From NCBI GenBank assembly GCA_963678505.2, contig CAXXFP010000002.1:21322-85321 (forward strand): a stretch of DNA of 64,000 bases. The letters are read 5' to 3'. Positions 53,689 to 63,087 of the stretch are shown piece after piece. The stretch comes from Oscillospiraceae bacterium. Lineage in GTDB: Bacteria > Bacillota > Clostridia > Oscillospirales > JAVBQB01. Each line of letters starts with the position of its first letter. Position 1 is the first letter of the stretch. The notes beneath the pieces are model-generated. The model did not search any database. It saw only the letters and a program-made list of their open reading frames with translations, and was not told where the DNA came from. Made by a program: the position numbers and the translations under genes.

Positions 53689-54588
53689 TCACAGTACAAC
53701 CTGTCTGTCAAATGTCAGCGCTTCAATCTCCAGTTCGTCAACGTTTACCGCCCCGGACGCTACGAGCGCCATCATCAGGCCCGGCAAACCGCAGTCCGGC
53801 AAAACGGGAAGAAGTCTCGCCGGCGGGCGCAGGCGCGCGCCGTTTGCCCAAATGCAGCCGCCCTCAGGGCTTAACGCCCCGCATCCGCTCAGCAGGATGT
53901 ATACCGCGCCCTTTGCCGCGCGGGGAAGCGTCCCGCTGCGTGGCAGATCAAAAATAAGAAACAGTCCCGCGCGGCTTAATAGTCCCTCCGAAGGATTTTC
54001 AAGCACTGCGGCGCCGAAGTCGCGCCGAAGCGCTCTGCACAATACGGAAACATCCTGCCCGCAGCAAAGTGCAAGATAGCGCGCGAACACGCCCGCCTCT
54101 TTAGCGGCCTGCACGACTAACGGAGAAAGGGTTTCCGAATAAAGGGCGCAGGTCAGGGCCGCGGGATTGAGCCTGCTTTTTTTTACCGCATACGCCCCCA
54201 TCCGCCCTGCCATGCGCCGATAAAGCGCCAACGCGTCCGGTGCCATAAGTCCGAAGGCTTCAAGCTCTCCCGCAAATGCAAAATCCTCCGGCAAAACGAC
54301 GCCCTTTACACCCGTTTGCGCAATCTGTGCCAGTGCCTTTAAAACCAGCTTTCTTTTCTTTTTCGAACTCATTTTCAGCGAAAACGTAAGCTGCACACGC
54401 AGCACACGGGCGCCCAGCGAATCCTCCTCATAAAAAGATAAATAATCCTGCCCGCGCAGCCTTGCGGATACACGGGCAAACAGCGATTGTCCTGGTATTG
54501 TTTCAACCTCTATAATGGCAAACACGACACGCCCTCCCATAACCGTGATGTTCCCGATTGTCACATCTATATGGCGTGCCGTGTTCAA
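53689..54588 (-). CDS. Hypothetical protein (start uncertain)
   Basis: 299-codon ORF on the coding-dense strand. I recognised no family. The track start is a TTG, and an ATG at 54540 is an alternative. Confidence 0.45.
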   Translation of the reverse strand: MNTARHIDVTIGNITVMGGRVVFAIIEVETIPGQSLFARVSARLRGQDYLSFYEEDSLGARVLRVQLTFSLKMSSKKKRKLVLKALAQIAQTGVKGVVLPEDFAFAGELEAFGLMAPDALALYRRMAGRMGAYAVKKSRLNPAALTCALYSETLSPLVVQAAKEAGVFARYLALCCGQDVSVLCRALRRDFGAAVLENPSEGLLSRAGLFLIFDLPRSGTLPRAAKGAVYILLSGCGALSPEGGCIWANGARLRPPARLLPVLPDCGLPGLMMALVASGAVNVDELEIEALTFDRQVVL

Positions 54589-54620
54589 TTATGCACCGAT
54601 TATTTCAAGCCGGCGTAACT

Positions 54621-54864
54621 CCCCGCGGCCTATTCCCCGCGGCCTATTCCCCGCGGCCTATTCCCGCGGCCTATTCCCGCGGCCTATTCCCGCGGCCTAT
54701 CCTCGCGGCCTATCCTCGCGGCCTATCCTCGCGGCCTATCCTCGCGGCCTATCCTCGCGGCCTATCCTCGCGGCCTATCCTCGCGGCCTATCCTCGCGGC
54801 CTATCCTCGCGGCCTATCCCGCAGCCTATCCTCGCGGCCTATCCTCGCGGCCTATCCCGCAGCC
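54621..54864. repeat. Tandem array of 18 units of 12-14 nt (consensus GCGGCCTATCCTC on the plus strand)
   Basis: Unit starts at 54625, 54639, 54653, 54666, then every 13 nt to 54809, then 54821, 54834 and 54847. Sub-variants appear in blocks (TATTCCCC x2, TATTCCC x3, TATCCTC x10, TATCCC x2, GCAGCC x1). Confidence 0.95.
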
Positions 54865-56078
54865 TTTTGGGTCGCCTGCTCTGCAACCAGCTGCGTTACG
54901 ACGCTGACTGCGCGCGAAAGCTGCTTATCCTTGTCAAGGGGAATGGACGGGAATCCGGCAAGCTCCTCGTCCGTCATGGGCTCCGCATAATCCGGCGTGA
55001 TGCCCACATTGGCCAGGCTCTTGCCCTTTGGCGTAAAATACTCCGTAACGGAAAGCACGAGCGCGCTGCCGTCATTAAGCTTGATGGGCACCTGCGCGTA
55101 ACCCTTGCCCGTCGTCGCCTGCCCCACCACCTTGGCCTTACCGTATTCCTGAAGCGCCGCGGCAAAAAACTCGGCCGCACTGTAGGAGTACTGGTCAACG
55201 ACCACCGCCATGGGAAGGGTCAGCTCGTTTTTATCGGAATCGTAGTTTTCCTCCTTACCCTCCTTGTCCCGGCTGGTAAAGATACGTCCCTCCGGCAGCA
55301 GCATGTCGAGCATCGGAATCAGCTCCTGCAGCCGTCCGCCGGGATTGACGCGCACATCAAAAATAAGGCTTTTCACATTGGCCTTAAGCAGCTGCTTGAC
55401 CGACTGCTCAAAATCGGCGCTCACGCCCGCATCAAAATTTGTGATGCGCACATAGCCGATGCCGCCGGCCATAATTTCCGAGTGGACAGCCTCAAGCTTT
55501 ACGGCCTTTCTCGTCACCGTAACGGTGCGGCGCACCCCCTGCGCATCCGCAAGCTCCAGCGCGACCTTCGTGTTCTCCTCGCCTTTTATGCTGCCCAGCG
55601 CCACTTCGTAACCCATCTCGGTCACAGACTTCCCGTCCACGGCGACAATCGCGTCAAAAAGCTTGATCCCCGCCTGCTGTGCCGGTGAGTCGTCGATAAT
55701 ATCGGTGATGAGTATCCCCTCGCGCGCCTCGTCATAGCCCGCCGTGACGCCGATGCCGACATATTTGTTTTCAGACGACTGCTCATAGGCCTTGTACTCT
55801 TCCGCGCTGAGATAATAGGACCAGCGGTCGCCCAGCCCTGTAACCATACCCTGTATGGACGCGTCGAGCACGGCGGCCTTGTCGTAGTCGCCGATAAAAT
55901 AATTTTCGATGTAATCCTTGGCCTCAAGATATTTGCTCAGTTCCTGCTGCTGCTCAGCGTCAATGTTGAGCTGACGGTTGACGGCGTTGCGCACCTCGGT
56001 ATAGGTCAGCGTAAAGGTCACTGCGGCGACCATCAGCATAAGCGCAATCACGGTACTCAGACTAAATCTTTTATTCAT
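54852..56078 (-). CDS. S41-family C-terminal processing peptidase (CtpA-like)
   Basis: N-terminal TM helix, a PDZ domain (ILITDIIDDSPAQQAGIKLFDAIVAVDG), and an S41 core (DVRVNPGGRL, YSYSAAEFFAAALQ). Confidence 0.9.
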   Translation of the reverse strand: MNKRFSLSTVIALMLMVAAVTFTLTYTEVRNAVNRQLNIDAEQQQELSKYLEAKDYIENYFIGDYDKAAVLDASIQGMVTGLGDRWSYYLSAEEYKAYEQSSENKYVGIGVTAGYDEAREGILITDIIDDSPAQQAGIKLFDAIVAVDGKSVTEMGYEVALGSIKGEENTKVALELADAQGVRRTVTVTRKAVKLEAVHSEIMAGGIGYVRITNFDAGVSADFEQSVKQLLKANVKSLIFDVRVNPGGRLQELIPMLDMLLPEGRIFTSRDKEGKEENYDSDKNELTLPMAVVVDQYSYSAAEFFAAALQEYGKAKVVGQATTGKGYAQVPIKLNDGSALVLSVTEYFTPKGKSLANVGITPDYAEPMTDEELAGFPSIPLDKDKQLSRAVSVVTQLVAEQATQKAAG

Positions 56079-56151
56079 ACTGTCTCCTAAAACGGATATT
56101 TACGTATATATTCCGATACTTGTATGCACCCGCTCTTTCCCGCGCGGCCTG

Positions 56152-56188
56152 AAAAAACGTGCGCATCCTGCGACAAGCGCAGGATGCG
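56152..56188 (-). terminator. Intrinsic terminator after the M23 peptidase gene
   Basis: 11-bp stem CGCATCCTGCG/CGCAGGATGCG followed by TTTTTT on the minus strand. Confidence 0.75.
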
Positions 56189-56196
56189 TGCCGAAG

Positions 56197-57369
56197 CTAA
56201 TTTTTGCTGAAATACTTCATGGGGTCAACCTGCTTACCGCCCACGATAATCTCGAAATGCAGATGGTTTCCGGTTGAAAAGCCTGTTGAGCCGACCAGTC
56301 CCACCTGCTGTGATTTTTTCAACTTCTGGTTTACGCTGACGGAGATCTTCGACATGTGCCCGTACAGCGTCGCCTGACCGCCGCCATGATCGATGACGAC
56401 ATAATTGCCGTAGCCGGAGTTATAGCCGGCGGTAATGACCTTGCCCGCGTTGGCGGCAACAATTTTTGTGCCCTTGGGAGCGCTGATATCCACGCCCGTA
56501 TGCAGTTTATTGACCTTAAGGGTCGGATGATAACGCATTCCAAACGGCGAGGTGATTGTATAATGCCCGGGCAGCGGCCAGGTATACGTCCCGCCGATAT
56601 AAACACTGGTTTTGGAAAGCGCCGCGACCATCGCGCTGATTTCCTTTTGCAGGTCCTGCTCGGCTTCCTCGGCCTCCTCGTAGGCTTCCTTATAGTCGGC
56701 CTCCTGCGATTCAAGCTTTTTGATCATAGTTTCAGACGACTGGCACTGCTCGTTAAGCTCGCTCTTGCGGTCGATCAGGCTTTGCTTGACTTCAACCTGA
56801 TCCTTTTGATCGCCCTCAAGCGACTTTTTTGTTTGATCTATAAAATCACGTGTCTCGGCCAGCTTCTCCATGACCTGCTTGTCATACGAGAGAATCTCGC
56901 CGATCAAATCGATGCGCCCCAGCAGATCGGAAAAATCATCCGATTTAAGCAGAACGCCTATGTATGAAACCTCGCCCGCTTCCTCCATGGCGCGCACACG
57001 GCATTTAAACAGCGCGTTTTCTTTCTTCTCATCTGTAATCGCGCCCGCAAGCTCGGTCTGCTTGAGCCCGATCTGCGCATCAAGCTCCTTAATGAGCGCC
57101 TCGGTATTCTCGATCTCATTCTGCGTCAGGCCGATCTGCTCGTCGAGCTTGGCTTTCTGCCGGATGGTCGAGGATTTGCTGGATGCTATCTTTTTGAGCT
57201 CGCTTGCAATCTGCTTTCTCTGGGAGGCAAGCGTGCCGGCTTTTTCTTTGAGTCTTTTCAGTTCCGACGAGGATGCGGCGGAAACATGAAACGCGCTGAG
57301 CAGCATCGGCAGGATCATCAGCGCGGCAAGCATAATGGCCAGAATCATCGCCAATTTTTTTCTTTTCAT
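56197..57369 (-). CDS. Coiled-coil M23 metallopeptidase (EnvC/PcsB-like partner of FtsEX)
   Basis: Signal/TM segment, a long coiled coil, then HTGVDISAP...GNYVVIDHG...GNHLHFEI. I prefer the ATG at 57369 (MKRKKLAMIL). Confidence 0.88.
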   Translation of the reverse strand: MKRKKLAMILAIMLAALMILPMLLSAFHVSAASSSELKRLKEKAGTLASQRKQIASELKKIASSKSSTIRQKAKLDEQIGLTQNEIENTEALIKELDAQIGLKQTELAGAITDEKKENALFKCRVRAMEEAGEVSYIGVLLKSDDFSDLLGRIDLIGEILSYDKQVMEKLAETRDFIDQTKKSLEGDQKDQVEVKQSLIDRKSELNEQCQSSETMIKKLESQEADYKEAYEEAEEAEQDLQKEISAMVAALSKTSVYIGGTYTWPLPGHYTITSPFGMRYHPTLKVNKLHTGVDISAPKGTKIVAANAGKVITAGYNSGYGNYVVIDHGGGQATLYGHMSKISVSVNQKLKKSQQVGLVGSTGFSTGNHLHFEIIVGGKQVDPMKYFSKN

Positions 57370-57407
57370 TGTAACTCTCCTCACTGCCCGGGCGGAAACC
57401 GGCATGT

Positions 57408-58292
57408 TTACACCTTTAAAAATCGCCGGATGGTCAGCACGCTGCCGCCTACGCCGGCGGCAAACCCCGTAATGGCGAAAGCTCCGGCAATGGGTGCCGC
57501 CAGACTGGTAAAGCTGATAATACTAATCAAATCAAACCCGCCTAAAAGGGTCTGGGTAACATAGGCATAAATGCCCCATTGAATAAAAAACGCGAATAAA
57601 GAGCCCAATACGCCCAGGATCAGCCCCTCCACCACAAAAGGCCACCGGATAAAGCCGTTTGTCGCGCCCACCATTTTCATGATGGCGATCTCCTCGCGCC
57701 TGTCAAACGTCGCAAGCTTGATCGTGTTGGAGATAATAAACACCGAAACGGAAAGCAGTATGACCACCAGGCACAAGGAAACAAGGTCGATCATCCGGCG
57801 GGCCGTCAGAAAGCTCTTGGATATGTCAAGCCTTGCGTTTACCGACGCGATACCCGTAATATTTTCAAGGCGCGCGGTGGTCTGTTCCATCAGGGATATG
57901 TCGGTTAAGTAGATGCGATAGCGGTGGCGCAGCGGGTTTTCATCCAGGCCGTCGAGCAGGGAGCCCTCCGTGCCCAGTGTCGTACGATAATCCGCAAGCG
58001 CCTGCTCGCTGGTCACAAATTCGCATTTGGCTACGTTTTCCACGCCGCTTATCTGCGTGCCCAGCGCCTTTGCCTGCTCTATTGTGTAGCTTTCCTCGAC
58101 ATAAGCCATGATCTCGTTTTCGCTTTCCACACGGTTTATGATGCTGTCGATGTTAACTGACAGCAGCGTAAAGCTGCCCATGATGATCAAGCAGGCCACA
58201 ATAATGCCGACGGCCGCAAAGCTCATAAATTCATTGAGGAGTATCCCGCGGACACCCTCTCGGATAAAATACTTAAAGCTGTAATGCTTCAT
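57408..58292 (-). CDS. ftsX: Cell division permease FtsX
   Basis: MKHYSFKYFIREGVRGI..., four TM segments and an extracellular loop domain. It follows ftsE. Confidence 0.9.
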   Translation of the reverse strand: MKHYSFKYFIREGVRGILLNEFMSFAAVGIIVACLIIMGSFTLLSVNIDSIINRVESENEIMAYVEESYTIEQAKALGTQISGVENVAKCEFVTSEQALADYRTTLGTEGSLLDGLDENPLRHRYRIYLTDISLMEQTTARLENITGIASVNARLDISKSFLTARRMIDLVSLCLVVILLSVSVFIISNTIKLATFDRREEIAIMKMVGATNGFIRWPFVVEGLILGVLGSLFAFFIQWGIYAYVTQTLLGGFDLISIISFTSLAAPIAGAFAITGFAAGVGGSVLTIRRFLKV

Positions 58293-58968
58293 CTTGATAA
58301 TACCCGCCCGTTCTGTCGCTGATGATACGCCCGCCGTCAATCGCAACGACCCTTTTGGAAAAGCGGTTAACCAGCTCCTTTTCGTGTGAAACGACGAGGA
58401 CCGTAGTGCCAAGGGAATTGATGCGTTCGAGCAGCATCATAATCTCCAGCGAACGCGCGGGGTCGAGATTGCCCGTCGGTTCGTCGGCGATGATCATGCG
58501 CGGATTGTTGACCAGCGCGCGCGCAATGGCAACGCGCTGCTGCTCACCGCCCGACAGCTCGAACGGACGGCGGCGGGCCTTATGGGTAAGCCCCACCAGA
58601 TCCAGCACATACATGACGCGCGTGCGGATGTTTTTCGCGGGTGTGTTGACCACACGCATGGCAAAAGCGACGTTTTCATAGATGCTCTTTTTTTCTATCA
58701 GCCGGAAATCCTGAAAAATCACCCCGAGCGTCCTGCGGTAATAGGGGACCTCGGAGGGTTTGATTGTATTCAGATTATAATTGTTGACCATAAGCCTGCC
58801 CTGCGTCGGCCTGATTTCACTTGTCAGCATCTTGACGATGGTCGATTTGCCCGAGCCCGAGGGGCCGACCAAAAAAACAAACTCTCCGTCGTCTATCCGC
58901 AGAGTAACCCCTTTGATGGCTTTGGTTCCATTGGCATACGCCATATAGATGTCCGTGAGACGAACCAT
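58273..58968 (-). CDS. ftsE: Cell division ATP-binding protein FtsE
   Basis: Walker A GPSGSGKST, signature LSGGEQQRVAIARA and Walker B IIADEPTGNLD. Confidence 0.93.
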   Translation of the reverse strand: MVRLTDIYMAYANGTKAIKGVTLRIDDGEFVFLVGPSGSGKSTIVKMLTSEIRPTQGRLMVNNYNLNTIKPSEVPYYRRTLGVIFQDFRLIEKKSIYENVAFAMRVVNTPAKNIRTRVMYVLDLVGLTHKARRRPFELSGGEQQRVAIARALVNNPRMIIADEPTGNLDPARSLEIMMLLERINSLGTTVLVVSHEKELVNRFSKRVVAIDGGRIISDRTGGYYQDEALQL

Positions 58969-59126
58969 ATTATGTAAACCATCCTTCAAATACATAAGTA
59001 CGCCCCCTACGAAAGAGGGCGGCTTTTCGCGCGCTCTGTGTCCTTTAAAATCCGCCGTTGAGAAAAAACGCGTCAAGCGCGCGAATGGATAAGGCGTGCA
59101 GCGCGCGCACGCCCTATCCTCTTTCA

Positions 59127-60218
59127 TTACTGCTTGATCTGCCTGCTCTGCAGGTATTTGCGCACCATCAGCGCCACCTTGAAAATGATGGCATGATCAA
59201 ATTCACGCAGGTCAAGACCTGTTATTTTTTTGATCTTCTCCAGCCTGTAAACCAGCGTATTGCGGTGTACAAACAGCTTACGGGAGGTTTCGGATACATT
59301 CAGGTTGTTTTCAAAAAACTTATTAATGGTAAACAGCGTTTCCTGATCGAGCGATTCAATGGAGTTCTTTTTGAACACCTCGGATAAAAACAGCTCGCAC
59401 ATCGTGGTAGGCAGCTGGTAGATCAGGCGGCCGATGCCAAGATTCTCGTAATTGATAATCGTTTTCCCGGTGTCAAACACCTTCCCCACATCGATGGCGA
59501 CCTGCGCCTCCTTGTAGGAGCCCGCCAGATCCTTTAAGTGGCTTGCAACCGTACCGATCCCGATGACCGTTTTGATGTACAGCTCCGTGCCGAACATTTC
59601 CTCGATGGCCTTGGCAAGCTTGCGCAGGTCAGAGGTGTCAACGCCGGGCTTGACCTCCTTTACAAGGGCTATGTCCGTATCGTTGACGCTGATGACAAAG
59701 TCATGCTGCCTGTCCGGAAAAAGGCTCTGAAGGATGTCCACGGCCGCCACGTCGCACTTGTCGATCTGGCGGACGAGCAAAACCGCGTGCGGCACATCGC
59801 CGCCGAAATGCAGCTCCCTCGAGCGCATAAAGATATCGCCCGGAAGAATATTATCCAAAATGATGTTTTTTATAAAGGTTGCCTTGTCATGCTTCTCATC
59901 ATAAAAAGTCTTGGCGCTGTTTAAGGCAACCGACATAAGCATGACCGCAGTACGGGCGGCGTTGTCTTCCCCCTGCGCAAATACGGCAAAATCATGATGG
60001 GCGCCCCAGCTTGCCAGCGTCTTGTAGGTATACCCCTGAAAGAAAACGACAGGCTCAATGGAAATATTCAGTTCCAGTGTCACATTCTCCCTTTTTTCGC
60101 CGATACGAACAAGCTCGCTGCACGCAATGACTGTGCCTGCGCCGTCCACCACACCGATCACCCGGTCGATGGCGTCCTTCATCTGCAGGATCATGCCCTG
60201 AAACATTCTACTGGACAT
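59127..60218 (-). CDS. PucR/CdaR-family transcriptional regulator
   Basis: C-terminal PucR HTH (NLNVSETSRKLFVHRNTLVYRLEKIKKITGLDL) with a CdaR-like N-terminal sensor region. Confidence 0.85.
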   Translation of the reverse strand: MSSRMFQGMILQMKDAIDRVIGVVDGAGTVIACSELVRIGEKRENVTLELNISIEPVVFFQGYTYKTLASWGAHHDFAVFAQGEDNAARTAVMLMSVALNSAKTFYDEKHDKATFIKNIILDNILPGDIFMRSRELHFGGDVPHAVLLVRQIDKCDVAAVDILQSLFPDRQHDFVISVNDTDIALVKEVKPGVDTSDLRKLAKAIEEMFGTELYIKTVIGIGTVASHLKDLAGSYKEAQVAIDVGKVFDTGKTIINYENLGIGRLIYQLPTTMCELFLSEVFKKNSIESLDQETLFTINKFFENNLNVSETSRKLFVHRNTLVYRLEKIKKITGLDLREFDHAIIFKVALMVRKYLQSRQIKQ

Positions 60219-60786
60219 AGTGCCCTCCGTTCCGCCGGATATCCGGCGTAGTTTTCCCGCTCGCTTTTGCCCTCGCCCGCGGTTTACCCCTTCCGGGCAG
60301 CCATATGCGGCGCTTTATGCCGTCGCCGATGCGGATACCCCGCCGGTTCTGGGCAATGTATACAAACGCACATTCGTCAAAACAACACGTTTTGCTAATC
60401 TTTATAGTAATAGTTTTTCACTTGCTTTTCAAGTATAACTTTACATAATATCAAAATTTATCATTTTTACCGCTTTTTTACCTAGATCGGCTTTTATTTG
60501 ATGCCCGATGAGCCAAAGCAATCCGCCGAATGCTATATAATGTATCTGAAACGGCAAAACAGAGCTGTTTTGCCGTGCAAATCCCGCAAATAGCGAACTT
60601 TGACAGATGCGATTTAAAAATTGCATCTGTTCAGTGGACATTATATGGGGATATTTTTTATGGCCAAAAACCTGAAAAACTTTCGGATTGACCGGCTTCA
60701 CCGCTCATGCGCCGGGTCGGGGCTTTCTCAATTGCGCCGACATAAAAACGATCTGATGTGCACAAACTGCTTTTCCCGCAATTTTA

Positions 60787-60818
60787 AAGCCCGGAAATCC
60801 GAATGGATTTCCGGGCTT
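60787..60818 (-). terminator. Terminator after the ABC ATPase gene
   Basis: 14-bp stem AAGCCCGGAAATCC/GGATTTCCGGGCTT with a GAAT loop. Confidence 0.65.
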
Positions 60819-60839
60819 ATAACGCAAATCGCGTAATAC

Positions 60840-61952
60840 TTAGTTTGTGATGGTCTTTTCGGTGTCCTTGTCGAACAGATGGACTTTCTTGGTGTCAAAG
60901 GCGACCTTGATCTTATCCCCGGTCTTCGCGGTCGAACGCGGCGAAACGCGGGCGGTAAAGCTGTGGGCTTCACACACAAGATACAGATACGTCTCGGAGC
61001 CGAGCATCTCGACGACTTCGACGCTGGCTTCGGCCAGTGAATCGGCAAACTGAGACAGGTAAATATCCTCGTCGTGAATGTTTTCGGGACGGATGCCCAT
61101 GATGACCTGCTTGCCTGCGTAGGCAAGCACTTCGGGCTTGCGGCCCTTGCTCTCCGGCAGTGCGATCTTGGCATTGCCGAAGGTCAGATATGTCACGCCG
61201 CCCTCGTCAACGACGGTGGCTTCGATGGTGTTCATCTGCGGGGAACCGATAAACCCGGCGACGAAGAGGTTATTCGGCGTTTCGTATAAGGTCTGCGGGG
61301 CGGCGATCTGCTGGATAAAGCCGTCCTTCATGACGACGATGCGCGTGCCCATTGTCATGGCCTCGGTCTGATCATGTGTAACATAGATAAACGTGGTCGC
61401 GAGCTTCTGATGCAGCTTTGTAAGCTCGGTCCTCATCTGCGCGCGCAGCTTGGCGTCGAGGTTGGAAAGCGGCTCGTCAAGCAGGAAGACCTTCGGGTAA
61501 CGCACGATGGCGCGGCCCAGAGCAACACGCTGGCGCTGTCCGCCGGACAGAGCCTTCGGCTTGCGGTCGAGCAAATGCTCGATTTCGAGGATTTTTGCCG
61601 CTTCTTCAACGCGCTTTTTGATCTCGTCCTTGGGCGTCTTGCGAAGCTTGAGACCAAAGGCCATGTTTTCAAAAACGGTCATATGCGGATACAGCGCATA
61701 GTTCTGGAACACCATTGCGATGTCCCTGTCCTTAGGCGGCATGTCGTTGACAAGTTTTCCGTCGATGTACAGTTCGCCTTCGCTGATTTCCTCAAGGCCT
61801 GCGATCATACGCAGGAGTGTGGATTTTCCGCAGCCGGACGGCCCGACGAGGATGATAAACTCTTTGTCTGCGATATCAAGGTTAAAATCGGAGACAGCAG
61901 TTACCCCGCCCGCGAACTTTTTGTATACGCTTTTAAGTGTTACGCTGGACAT
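60840..61952 (-). CDS. Carbohydrate ABC transporter ATP-binding protein (MsmX/MsmK/UgpC type), orphan
   Basis: GPSGCGKST, LSGGQRQRVALGRA and LLDEPLSNLD plus a MalK-like C-terminal regulatory domain. No permease or binding-protein gene is adjacent. Confidence 0.9.
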   Translation of the reverse strand: MSSVTLKSVYKKFAGGVTAVSDFNLDIADKEFIILVGPSGCGKSTLLRMIAGLEEISEGELYIDGKLVNDMPPKDRDIAMVFQNYALYPHMTVFENMAFGLKLRKTPKDEIKKRVEEAAKILEIEHLLDRKPKALSGGQRQRVALGRAIVRYPKVFLLDEPLSNLDAKLRAQMRTELTKLHQKLATTFIYVTHDQTEAMTMGTRIVVMKDGFIQQIAAPQTLYETPNNLFVAGFIGSPQMNTIEATVVDEGGVTYLTFGNAKIALPESKGRKPEVLAYAGKQVIMGIRPENIHDEDIYLSQFADSLAEASVEVVEMLGSETYLYLVCEAHSFTARVSPRSTAKTGDKIKVAFDTKKVHLFDKDTEKTITN

Positions 61953-62140
61953 ATAATTCCTCCCAAAAAATGTACTTACATACTTATGTACAGGATCACG
62001 CCACTCATACTACCACATAAATCAGACAAAGGTATATCCTATTATTGACCAAAGCTCTCATTTCAAGTTTGTACAACCTGCCGATTATAAATCAGTTTTT
62101 GTGCACACTGCCGAAACCATCTGTGTATTTAGCGCATACT

Positions 62141-62872
62141 TCACAAAACACCCTGCCGGATGAGCGCAAGCTCCGCGTCGCTAAGCAGCCGAAAGTCCCC
62201 CTCCTCCAGCGCGGGGTCGAGCCGGAGCCCACCGATGGCCATCCGTTTGAGATAGACCACCTTTTTCCCGCGTGCCAGAAACATACGCTTGACCTGATGG
62301 AATTTGCCTTCCCGCAGGGTGACCTCGGCCTGCGACAGTTCTCCGGACTCCAATATTTTCAGGCCTGCGGGCAGGCAGACATAGCCGTCTTCGAGCGTGA
62401 CGCCCGCCTCAAAGGCGGCGGCGTCCTCCTCGTCGAGCACACCCTCCACGCGTACAAAATACAGCTTGTCCACATGTCTGCGCGGGGCCGTGACCGCGTG
62501 CCCGAACGCCCCGTCATTTGTCAGCAGCAAAAGCCCCACCGAGTCTGCATCCAGGCGTCCGGCGGGAAATATGCCCATTTTTCTGTAATTTTCAGGCAGC
62601 AGCTCAAGAACCGTCGGCGCATGAGCATCCTCGGTTGCGGACAAATAGCCCGCGGGTTTGTTAAGCATGAGATATACATGCTTTCGATACAGGATATTTT
62701 CTCCGTCCATCACGACCTCCGCCTTGGCCGGATCAAGTTTTACGGCGGGGTCGCGTATGATTTTCCCGTCAAGGGTCACGCGCCCCGCGCGCACCGCCTC
62801 GCGCAGCTGGCTGCGCGTGCCCAGCCCCATGTCGCACAGCAGCTTATCAAGTCTGATTGCCGCGTCTGTCAT
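62141..62872 (-). CDS. rsuA: Pseudouridine synthase, RsuA/RluB family (S4 domain plus catalytic GRLD)
   Basis: RLDKLLCDMGLGTRSQ... S4 domain and the GRLDADSVGLLLLTNDG catalytic motif. Confidence 0.85.
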   Translation of the reverse strand: MTDAAIRLDKLLCDMGLGTRSQLREAVRAGRVTLDGKIIRDPAVKLDPAKAEVVMDGENILYRKHVYLMLNKPAGYLSATEDAHAPTVLELLPENYRKMGIFPAGRLDADSVGLLLLTNDGAFGHAVTAPRRHVDKLYFVRVEGVLDEEDAAAFEAGVTLEDGYVCLPAGLKILESGELSQAEVTLREGKFHQVKRMFLARGKKVVYLKRMAIGGLRLDPALEEGDFRLLSDAELALIRQGVL

Positions 62873-63087
62873 CCGGTCTCCTTCTTTCCATGCGGCGCGC
62901 TCACGCAGGCCGGCTTACTTCAAAATATTCAGTGTCTGCGGTATCCGCACAAGCATCCGGCAAAAGAGCAATCCGCTGATTTTAACCGGCTTGTACGGCC
63001 GATTTTGCGTGCGCGGCCATTCATATTATCTCCCTTTTCCGAATATGTTTATAACACGAAAAACACGGGAGGAGCGGACACAACCAC

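Noticed and set aside
54621-54864. The possibility that the tandem array is a CRISPR array.
   Set aside because: The units are contiguous with no spacers and the period is only 12-14 nt. No cas genes are nearby.
54515-54907. Plus-strand ORFs that translate the 13-nt array as a 13-aa repeat protein (PRGLSSRPILAAY)n.
   Set aside because: They are an artefact of three 13-nt units making 39 nt. The ORFs are antisense to ctpA, have no RBS, and differ between frames only by repeat phase.
60441-60701. An 86-codon minus-strand ORF in the AT-rich gap.
   Set aside because: It has no RBS, odd composition and no recognisable family, and it overlaps strong hairpins. I treat it as probably non-coding.
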